From contig JAUXYJ010000103.1 in assembly GCA_030694465.1 (NCBI GenBank), positions 155,057 through 219,056 on the forward strand: a DNA stretch of 64,000 nt, in the 5' to 3' direction. The stretch is from Deltaproteobacteria bacterium (GTDB taxonomy: Bacteria; Myxococcota_A; Polyangia; Polyangiales; Ga0077539). Positions within the stretch are counted from its first letter, which is position 1, and every line of letters begins with the position of its first letter. The translations under genes and the position numbers were made by a program. Positions 36,292 through 44,075 of this stretch are shown here, piece by piece. The notes beneath the pieces are model-generated. The model was given only the letters and a program-made list of their open reading frames with translations, searched no databases and was not told where the DNA came from.

Positions 36292-38163
36292 GTGATGGGC
36301 ATGAACGAGCACGCGATTTCGGCGCAAACAACCCTGCTGACCATGGCACCCGCGTGCGAGACCTCGGACGAGAGCCTCGACGCCACCGAGACCATGATGG
36401 AAGAGACGGAGCTCTCGGGCAGCCCTGCGCTGATCGCGTTTGCGCAGCGCGCGGCGGCAGAGCGAGACGGGCTGCGGAGCGAGATTCATCGCATCCGCGA
36501 GGCGTTTGCGAGGCTCGAGTCCCAGTCGCGTATGGGCAAGACCCCGTCGCGCGAGACCGCTGAGCTGCGAGAGACCCTTGAGCTCCGTGACCGCGAAGTG
36601 CGACGGCTGAAAGACGCCAACATCGCCCGCGAGAGGCTGTTGACCGACGCGCGCAATCGACTGGACGAAGCGCTGCATCAGCGCGCCGCCGCGGTCGCCA
36701 AGCTCGACCTCCGTGAGCGTGGTGTAAGCGCGATCGAGAGCGCTCTTGAAGAGCACAAGCACGAGCTCTTGCACACGCGACGGCGTGTAGCGCAGCTTGA
36801 GATCGAGCTTCATCGGGCGGTCCAGAGCGAGCGTGGTCTCTCTGCGATGCTCGAGGACACGCGCGGGCAGCTCTCTGAGGCGAGGCAGTCGCTTGAGACG
36901 CTACACAGCGAGCTCAGCGACACCCGTGAAGCGCTCACGATGTCCAACGACGCCGCGGTCTCACGCGAAGAGGCCCTGCGCGCAGAGCGTGCTCGGCTCG
37001 ACGCACAACGCGCTGAAGAAATCCTCGTCGAAATGGAGCGGCGCGAAGAGCTCTCAGCAGAGCTTGAGGCGTTGAGTGTGCGGCACGTGCACGAGCTCGC
37101 GCTGAGCGAATCGCGCGCTGAAGAGAGCCTCGAAGTCACACGCAAAGAAGCGAACGAGCGACTCGCAGCCCTCTGCGCACACGCTAAAGAGGACCTCGCT
37201 GCGGCGCATGTGGGGTACTCACGCGGGCTGCAGTTTGCGCTTCATGAGCAGACCGAGTCCGCGCTCGCCGCGCGCGAGGCGCTCTGTGCGTGGCACGCCG
37301 GCGAGCTCTTGGGGCAGCGATTTGCCCTGCAAGAGCGCGTCGTGAGCGAACGCGATCAGCACACTGCGACCCGCGCGCGGTTTATGCTTGAGCTCAACGC
37401 GATGACGCAAGACTGCGATCGCATGGTCGAAGAGCACGCGCTCACGCGCAGCGAGCTCACCGCGACGCTTGAGGGCACCACCCGTGGGCTCGCCTTTGTG
37501 CGCGCCGAGACGCAGTCCGAAGTGGCCTCCGAGCGCGCCCTCCGCATGGCCGAGGCCACACGTCACGGTCAAGCCATGAACGCGCTGCGTGAGGCCCACG
37601 AGCGGAGCCTCTGCGACCAGGACGAATCGAGCGAGTTTGCAGCGACAGCGCTTCGCACACGGATCGCTCGCGAGACCGAGCGCGCGCGCAAGCTCGAGGG
37701 CGAGCTTGAGGCGAGCGCACAGCACCGAGACCAGTGCGCCGAGCTGGTCGCCGCGTGGCTCACTGCACGGGACGAATCGATTGCATATTTGCAGGCAGAT
37801 CGCGCGGAGCTGCGTGCCCTCTACGAAGAAGCCGACGCGGTCCGAGAGCGACTCGCGCAGGCGAGCGTGGATGCAGCGAAGCAAGCGCGTGGCGCACGCG
37901 AGCGCGCAGAGTCGGCCGAACGACAGCTGCTTGAGCGCACGCAGGCGATCTCGGCGACCGTGGGGATCCTCACGCGAGTGACCGTCGAGCAGCACGCGGT
38001 CGCAGGAGCGCTACGGCACAAGCGCGCGCTGCCCACCATGGCCGACGTCGACGCTGCCATCGCGGCGGTGACCCAGCGCGTGCCCGAAGAGATCGGCGAA
38101 GAGCTCTGGCTCGCGCGCGACGCGATCGCCGCAGCGATCTTCGCGGGCCCCTCGATTGATTGA
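36292..38163 (+). CDS. large coiled-coil protein (SMC/myosin-tail-like, E/R/L/A-rich)
   Basis: 623 aa of near-continuous heptad-like charged sequence. No antisense competitor of comparable length. It is divergent from the nfeD–flotillin operon. Confidence 0.5.
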   Translation: MMGMNEHAISAQTTLLTMAPACETSDESLDATETMMEETELSGSPALIAFAQRAAAERDGLRSEIHRIREAFARLESQSRMGKTPSRETAELRETLELRDREVRRLKDANIARERLLTDARNRLDEALHQRAAAVAKLDLRERGVSAIESALEEHKHELLHTRRRVAQLEIELHRAVQSERGLSAMLEDTRGQLSEARQSLETLHSELSDTREALTMSNDAAVSREEALRAERARLDAQRAEEILVEMERREELSAELEALSVRHVHELALSESRAEESLEVTRKEANERLAALCAHAKEDLAAAHVGYSRGLQFALHEQTESALAAREALCAWHAGELLGQRFALQERVVSERDQHTATRARFMLELNAMTQDCDRMVEEHALTRSELTATLEGTTRGLAFVRAETQSEVASERALRMAEATRHGQAMNALREAHERSLCDQDESSEFAATALRTRIARETERARKLEGELEASAQHRDQCAELVAAWLTARDESIAYLQADRAELRALYEEADAVRERLAQASVDAAKQARGARERAESAERQLLERTQAISATVGILTRVTVEQHAVAGALRHKRALPTMADVDAAIAAVTQRVPEEIGEELWLARDAIAAAIFAGPSID

Positions 38164-38174
38164 TTGATTGATAG
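38154..38174. repeat. (GATT)4-GATAG tetranucleotide repeat providing stop codons in all three forward frames
   Basis: gattgattgattgattgatag. It overlaps the TGA stop of the coiled-coil gene (38161–38163). It is AT-rich in a ~70% GC context. Confidence 0.7.
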
Positions 38175-38204
38175 CCACAGAGGGCCATTGGGGTCTCGGG
38201 AGGG

Positions 38205-38468
38205 TCAGCGTTTTTGCCAGTGCGGCATGGCTTCGACGGCACGACGAGCGTGCTCGAGGGCGCCAGCGCGGGGCATCTTGTTGACCTTCATAAAGCGCTC
38301 GGTGGCCATGTTCTCGATCACGGCGTCGAGGGACAAGAGCGCTCCGTGTTTGTCGGTGCAGCAGGCACAGTAGGCGTTGTCTGCGCGGCCGCCGCCGTGT
38401 TCTTTTGCGGTCATCATGGGCGCCCCGCAGGACTGACAAGCCGGACCGCCTTGGACAAAGAGTGTCAT
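38205..38468 (-). CDS. small zinc-ribbon protein
   Basis: An 87-aa ORF from internal ATG 38468 with two CxxC pairs (CQSCGAP… CACCTDKH). Confidence 0.5.
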   Translation of the reverse strand: MTLFVQGGPACQSCGAPMMTAKEHGGGRADNAYCACCTDKHGALLSLDAVIENMATERFMKVNKMPRAGALEHARRAVEAMPHWQKR

Positions 38469-38568
38469 CGCTAACTCGCTCGGTCTTTCTGCGCGCACAT
38501 CGGTTGTGCAAACGCGACCGAGAGCGTGACACGTGCGACCGACAAACGCACGGGGGGACAAACGCCGG

Positions 38569-39141
38569 CTATTTCTTCTTCTTCGCGGCGAGTCGCGCTG
38601 CGCGTTGGGCGGCGACGTCGCGCGTCTGTGCTGCGATTCCGCGGGTAATAATCCGCTCGGTCTCGGCGAGCCCACGCCAGCCAAGCAGCTCGTGCTGAGT
38701 GCCCTCGACGTCGAGAATCCAGTGAAAGAACTGCTCGATTTCGCGCAACAGTCGGCGCGGCAGATCGCTCAGGGCGCCGTGGGCAGACCAGGTCTTGTCC
38801 TCGGTCGAGATGGCGATGAGCCGGTGGTTTTCTTTTCCGTCTTTTTTGGCGCGCAGCACGCCGATGGGGCGCGCATACACCAAGCACCCCGGAAACGCCG
38901 GAGCGTCCATCAAGACCAGCACATCCAGCGGGTCGCCATCGCCCGCTTTTGTCTGTGGAACAAACCCAAAATCAAACGGAAACGACGCCCCCGCAAAGAG
39001 CACGCGGTTGAGCCGAAAGAGCCCAAGTTCTTCGTCGTATTTGTACTTGTTGCGCGACCCGCGTGGGGTCTCGACGACGACGTTAAGAATCCCCGGCGCG
39101 GCGTACGCCGGCAGTCGATCCCACGGTGTTTGCTTGGCCAC
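38569..39141 (-). CDS. ppa: inorganic pyrophosphatase (family I) with basic C-terminal tail
   Basis: YKYDEELGLFRLNRVL…DGDPLDVLVLMDAP…PGCLVYARPIGVL — canonical PPase I motifs. Followed by a KKKK tail. Confidence 0.9.
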   Translation of the reverse strand: MAKQTPWDRLPAYAAPGILNVVVETPRGSRNKYKYDEELGLFRLNRVLFAGASFPFDFGFVPQTKAGDGDPLDVLVLMDAPAFPGCLVYARPIGVLRAKKDGKENHRLIAISTEDKTWSAHGALSDLPRRLLREIEQFFHWILDVEGTQHELLGWRGLAETERIITRGIAAQTRDVAAQRAARLAAKKKK

Positions 39142-39165
39142 GTATGAGTCTTTCGCGCAGTGTGA

Positions 39166-40377
39166 CTACAGCCCACGGTCGCGCAGAAAATGCTCGCGCC
39201 AGTGTGTGGGCAAATCGAGAAAGCCCTCAGTGTACAGATAGTCGTAGATGGCGTCGCACACGACCGTGCAGATGGCAGAAAAGATCTGCGGGTCTGCAAC
39301 AAACTCAAGGGTCTCTTCGCGAAACGTCGCGCGCATTTCGCTCGTCCGCTGCACGAGAGGGCCCTGCACGTTCATCACTAAGCGCTCGATAAAATGCTTA
39401 TCAAATGCAGCTCGAAACGCAGAGAAGACCTCGGGCGCGAGCTTGTACCCATGAGGCCGCCCTTCGCCCACGCGAGACTGCGTGATCACGGCCCAGCAGA
39501 AGTCTCCGAGCGAGGGTCTAAACTCTTCGTAGAAGAACTTAAGCAGCACCTCACGGTAGATCGCCAAGAGCGCTTCGAGCTCGGGGGTCGTGCGCGAGAG
39601 GTACTCCATGCGGAGGTCTTTCTCGATGACGTCAAACCGCGCGAGCGCGTCCGTGAGCACCTTGGGGTCGGCGTACCGCTGCGCGCGCAGCGTCGCCACA
39701 ATGGCGTCTCGATGCATGCGCATCGCGATGTAGAGCGCCTGGTCTGGGTAGGTCACCGAGAGCGACTGCCGCACCTGCGTAGTGATCTTGGTGTAGAGCG
39801 CAGAGTTAAAGAATTGCGCGGTAATCTTGCGCTGAATGTCTTCGAGCTTGCGCGCCATAAAGCCCTCGCGGCGCGGCGAGAAGAGCTTCTCAAGGAGGTC
39901 ACGCATCGTGGCGATGAGCTGAATGGAGAGGTCCACCGTGGGCTCGGGCGCTTGGTGCACAATGCGCACACCTGCCAACTGGAGCGCTTGCAGCTCGGCC
40001 ACGACAGCCTCGGTGATCGCATCGAGGTCTTTGTTGGTCTCTTGGGGAGCGCCGTAATAGACCACTTTTGCCTGGATCTGCTCTTCGCGCAGGCGGCTGG
40101 CGGTCGCGGCGACGTCTACGAGCGCGCGGGTCGTCGTCGGGTGCAACAGCGAGCTCTTGTCGCGGGTCGCGCTCTCGCTCACCGGCGGTGGTGCGACGAG
40201 CTTTGGGGCGGGAGCCGCCACGGGAGTTGCTCCAGGGGGAGTCGCCGGCTTGGGGAGCGGGTGCGCGGGTGTCCCTGGGCTCGCGAGAGGGCGTGGGGGC
40301 GGAGGCGGAGGACGCGGCGGTCCCTTAGGAGCATCTGTCACAGCGGGGGGATGGTGCCCCTTCGTGCCCCGACTCAC
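39166..40377 (-). CDS. hypothetical protein with Pro-rich N-terminus
   Basis: N-terminal 90 aa are Pro-rich (PPRPPPPPPRPLASPGTP…) followed by a ~300-aa helical domain with no known motif. It sits between the TerB-like gene and ppa on the same strand. Confidence 0.45.
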   Translation of the reverse strand: MSRGTKGHHPPAVTDAPKGPPRPPPPPPRPLASPGTPAHPLPKPATPPGATPVAAPAPKLVAPPPVSESATRDKSSLLHPTTTRALVDVAATASRLREEQIQAKVVYYGAPQETNKDLDAITEAVVAELQALQLAGVRIVHQAPEPTVDLSIQLIATMRDLLEKLFSPRREGFMARKLEDIQRKITAQFFNSALYTKITTQVRQSLSVTYPDQALYIAMRMHRDAIVATLRAQRYADPKVLTDALARFDVIEKDLRMEYLSRTTPELEALLAIYREVLLKFFYEEFRPSLGDFCWAVITQSRVGEGRPHGYKLAPEVFSAFRAAFDKHFIERLVMNVQGPLVQRTSEMRATFREETLEFVADPQIFSAICTVVCDAIYDYLYTEGFLDLPTHWREHFLRDRGL

Positions 40378-40395
40378 AACCCAGCGCTGCGTCCC

Positions 40396-40893
40396 TCAGC
40401 CCGGAATCGATCGGCGCGAGAGCTCATCGCGGACTTGCGACGCGATGGCGGCGACGGATGCGATGGACTGCCCTGCGTGAACCGCAATCTTTTCAAGCAC
40501 TTTTAGCTCATTTGCGTCCAAGCCGTTGCTCGCGTACGCGATGGCTGCGGCCAAGCTCAGGCCCTCTTCGGCGGCATGGTGGCTCTGCAATACTCGCCCA
40601 ACAACTCGGCAGCGGTCGTCTTCGCCGAGGGTCTTTCGGAGGTCGACGAAGTCTGCGACGAGCTCATCGAGTTCTGAGACGGAGACATCGTCTTCGGTCA
40701 GCACAAGGACCGCGCGCTTGAGTGTCGTGAGCTCATGGGCATCCACGGTCCCGTCAGCGGCCGCGACGAGGTAGCCAGCCTCTACGATGGTGTTAAACAA
40801 CAACGAGGGGTCCCCGCCGTCTTCGCTCACTTTGTCATTGCGAAGCGCGCGCGCGAGTGGAAGCAAATGGTCAAGCACGGTCCCGAGCGACAT
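40396..40893 (-). CDS. TerB-like (tellurite-resistance TerB/DUF533 fold) protein
   Basis: Tandem helical repeat with the conserved …AADG.V…E…L… pattern (LVAAADGTVDAHELTTL; AIAYASNGLDANELKVLEKIA). Confidence 0.5.
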   Translation of the reverse strand: MSLGTVLDHLLPLARALRNDKVSEDGGDPSLLFNTIVEAGYLVAAADGTVDAHELTTLKRAVLVLTEDDVSVSELDELVADFVDLRKTLGEDDRCRVVGRVLQSHHAAEEGLSLAAAIAYASNGLDANELKVLEKIAVHAGQSIASVAAIASQVRDELSRRSIPG

Positions 40894-41022
40894 GGTCGTA
40901 AAAACCTCTCTTCGTAGGAAAAACGCTTGTCAACCAAGCGCCCCCTGCAGAGTGCCACACTCTGTCACCGAGCGTCTGTGCTCTTGTGCATCACCGTCTG
41001 ATTTTGCTCAGAAGGGTTCACG

Positions 41023-43812
41023 CTAGGGCGCGCCGCTGTCTGCTGTCTCGCTGGGGGCTTCGTTCGGGAGGCTCGGGGCTGCCGCCGCGCTCGGGATCGA
41101 TGCGTCGCGCTCGGGCGCTCCGGCGTCATCATCGTCGTCACTGAGCGCTTCAAGAGGGATGCCTCCCTCGCCCATCGTGAAGAAACTCGACAGCGCGCTT
41201 GGGCCCGCATCACTCTGCGGAACCCCGACCTCTCGCGGCTCTGTTCCACTGAGAAAATACTCGTCGATTGCGTCAGACTGCCCCGGCCGCGCCAGCATCC
41301 CCGTGACCGGATCGATCCTCGCGGTGACAATCCCTTCGGGGCGCACAAAGTCCACCGCCGCTGGGCGCCGCGCGCGCACGTAGTCTCCAAAGAACCGCAC
41401 CCACATGGGCAGCGCCGAGCGCGCGCCCTCTTCGCCAGACCCGAGCCTCTGCCGGTCATCGAAGCCTACCCACACCCCCGCGACGAGATCGGGCGTGTAG
41501 CCCACAAACCACGCATCGCGCGAACCGTTGGTAGTCCCCGTCTTGCCAGCGACTGGGCGGCCCAAGGACTGCGCACGCTGTGCGGTCCCGCGCTGGACCA
41601 CCGAGGTCATCATCGAGGTCACCAAGAAGCTCTCTGCGGGCGAGATCACCACGCGCGGCGCCTCGCGTGTGGGCAACGGAATGTCGCGCCCATCGGGTCC
41701 CACAATCCTGGTGATCATTCGAGGCGCTTCGTAGCGTCCGCCCGAGGCCCAGACGGCGTACGCGTTGGTCATTTCGAGGGGGCTCAGCGAGGCGACGCCG
41801 AGCGCGAGAGCCGGCACCGGATCCATGGGCGCAGAGAGCCCAAAACTGCGCGCGTGGGCGACCAGCGAAGGCGCAGTGAGATCGGTCACCACCTGCGCGG
41901 CCACAATGTTGCGCGATTGCGCGAGAGCCTCACGCAGGCTCATCAAGGGCTCGGCCGGAGCGTTGGGCCGGTGATGCGATTCGCTAGGACACCAGGTGCC
42001 AAAACAGCGCGGGTTTGGGTCAACCATGCTCGCGAGGTTCATCCGACGTGACGACAGCGCGAGCGAGTACAAGAAGGGCTTAAACGCGCTGCCCGGCTGA
42101 CGCATCGCGCGGCTCGCGCGGTCAAAGCCACCGGCGACGCCCTCGTAGCTGCCCACGAGCGCGCGGACCTCACGCGTCACGGGGTCGATGGCCACGAGCG
42201 CCGCCTGCGGGCCCATTTCGATTCGCATAGGGCCAGGGCTTTCAGGCGTAATCGTACGGTCAACGCTCACGCGCAGCGCGCTGCCGATGGGGGCAAACGC
42301 TGTGGGCGTGGGCTCAGAGCGGACATAGCGCGCGACAGAGTTCCACGGGATGACTCCGCTGCTGGGACCCACGCGGACGGTGATCTCACCCGGCGTGTGG
42401 GTCCCTGGGTCTGCGTCGCGCACAGACTCGACCGTGCCGCGGTAAATCCGCCCCGGAATCAATCGCCCATCCGCTGGCGCAGCCTCTGCAGGCTGAACGT
42501 TGCCCGAGCCTCCGCGCGCACGTCGCACGCCAGGGGCGAGCAACGGGCCGCGGTAGCCCTGCCGATCGTCGAGCTCGCGCAGACCCACTTGCACGGCCTC
42601 ACGCGCGGCACGCTGCAGCACTGGATCAATGCTCGTATAGACGGTGTATCCGCCATCGCGAAGCGCTGTATCTCCAGCGATTTGCCTAAGATAACTGCGT
42701 GCTTGCTCGACCACTTCGGGCGCGTTTCCCTCGTCGTCGTCGCCCTCACGAATGCGCATGGGCTCGGCGTCCGCGGCGTCGGCCTCGGCGCGCGAGATAA
42801 ACTCTTTGTCCACCATCTGGTTGAGGATCCAGCGACGTCGCCGCCTCGCCGCCTCGGGGTGATTGCGCGGAGAATATTGCACCGGAGATTTTGGGATCCC
42901 CGCGAGCAAGACGCACTCACCCAGAGTGAGCTCTCGCGCGTGTTTTCCGAAGTAAAACCGCGCGGCTTCTTCGACCCCGTTGCGCCCATGACCAAACGCG
43001 ATGTGGTTGAGATAGAGATACAAGATCTCGTTTTTGCCCAGCTCCGCTTCGATCCGGCGCGCGAGCACAACCTCACGCACCTTGCGCGCGAGCGAGCGCT
43101 CGGGCGTAAGAAACACGTTCTTCACCACCTGCTGCGTGATCGTGCTCGCCCCCTGCGCGGTCGTCCCTTTGCGCACGTTGATCCAGAGCGCGCGCAACAT
43201 GCCCGGATAGTCCAAGCCCGTGTGCCGATAAAAGTCCGCGTCTTCGGCAGCCAACACAGCACGCACAAGATTAATCGGCACCTGCTCAATCGGGATCACC
43301 GTGCGGCGCTCGATAAAGAGCTCTGCCAACACCGTGCCATCCCGCGCGAGCACACGGGTCGTCTGCGGAGGCCGCCAGTGCGCCCTGAGGTTGTGCACGT
43401 CGGGCAGGTCTCGGCCGTAGTACACAAAGAGCCCCACGACGCCCGCGAGCCCTAAAAACCCTAGCGAAATCACCGCAAGCACGCTGCGAATCACCCACGT
43501 GCGGGCGCTGCTCTCTTCGCGCTTTGTGTGCACACTCTTGCGTGACATCGCGGCTCTCTTGCTCTCTTCGGGCGGTGGACGCGAGGGCTCGCTCGCCGCA
43601 TTGGACAGCGCGTAGTCCCCCATGGACCAGGGCTTTTGCTCGGATGGCATCTGCGAAGCGCGCGTCTCCGGGGGCCTCTGCGGGCCCACTGGGACGCGAG
43701 GTTTTTGGCCCATTCCGCCGCTCGATCGCGTGGCAGAGCCTGGGTCTTCTACGGTAGCCGCCTGCTCCAGTGTGGGCGCAGTACCATCGATCTCGTCGTT
43801 GTCGTCAGTCAT
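41023..43812 (-). CDS. mrcA: class A penicillin-binding protein 1A (transglycosylase/transpeptidase)
   Basis: GT51 motifs (EDADFYRHTGLD, …TITQQVVKN), transpeptidase SAFKPF, SRN, KTGTTN. N-terminal cytoplasmic tail plus TM. Confidence 0.95.
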   Translation of the reverse strand: MTDDNDEIDGTAPTLEQAATVEDPGSATRSSGGMGQKPRVPVGPQRPPETRASQMPSEQKPWSMGDYALSNAASEPSRPPPEESKRAAMSRKSVHTKREESSARTWVIRSVLAVISLGFLGLAGVVGLFVYYGRDLPDVHNLRAHWRPPQTTRVLARDGTVLAELFIERRTVIPIEQVPINLVRAVLAAEDADFYRHTGLDYPGMLRALWINVRKGTTAQGASTITQQVVKNVFLTPERSLARKVREVVLARRIEAELGKNEILYLYLNHIAFGHGRNGVEEAARFYFGKHARELTLGECVLLAGIPKSPVQYSPRNHPEAARRRRRWILNQMVDKEFISRAEADAADAEPMRIREGDDDEGNAPEVVEQARSYLRQIAGDTALRDGGYTVYTSIDPVLQRAAREAVQVGLRELDDRQGYRGPLLAPGVRRARGGSGNVQPAEAAPADGRLIPGRIYRGTVESVRDADPGTHTPGEITVRVGPSSGVIPWNSVARYVRSEPTPTAFAPIGSALRVSVDRTITPESPGPMRIEMGPQAALVAIDPVTREVRALVGSYEGVAGGFDRASRAMRQPGSAFKPFLYSLALSSRRMNLASMVDPNPRCFGTWCPSESHHRPNAPAEPLMSLREALAQSRNIVAAQVVTDLTAPSLVAHARSFGLSAPMDPVPALALGVASLSPLEMTNAYAVWASGGRYEAPRMITRIVGPDGRDIPLPTREAPRVVISPAESFLVTSMMTSVVQRGTAQRAQSLGRPVAGKTGTTNGSRDAWFVGYTPDLVAGVWVGFDDRQRLGSGEEGARSALPMWVRFFGDYVRARRPAAVDFVRPEGIVTARIDPVTGMLARPGQSDAIDEYFLSGTEPREVGVPQSDAGPSALSSFFTMGEGGIPLEALSDDDDDAGAPERDASIPSAAAAPSLPNEAPSETADSGAP

Positions 43813-44075
43813 AGGGGATGCAGGCTTGGTGAGATGCGTTGCGCAGAGTGTACGCGTGGGGCCTTCACTTCACTGCACGACGTGTGGGTTCTCACACGAT
43901 CTGTCACGCACATGCGAACGTCGCATACCGCACTCAACCGCGGATGTCTGGTAGCGTCTAACAACATCTACGCTTGTTTTCGCACGAGTCGCTAAGACGC
44001 TGCATTCTGCTGCGCTGAGCACTCGTTCGAGCCAAAGTTTCTATTTTGCTTGTCCACTCTCGCCAGGAGCGATCC

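Noticed and set aside
42827-42842. Partial copies of the GC palindrome (CAGCGACGTCGCCGCC at 42827; CAGCGACGTCGCCGGG at ~55665; GCCGGCGACGTACGC at ~15395)
   Set aside because: These are explained by runs of Arg codons (CGG-CGA-CGT-CGC) in PBP1A, the sulfatase-like protein and the MYXO-CTERM tail. They lack the conserved flanks of the four copies reported.
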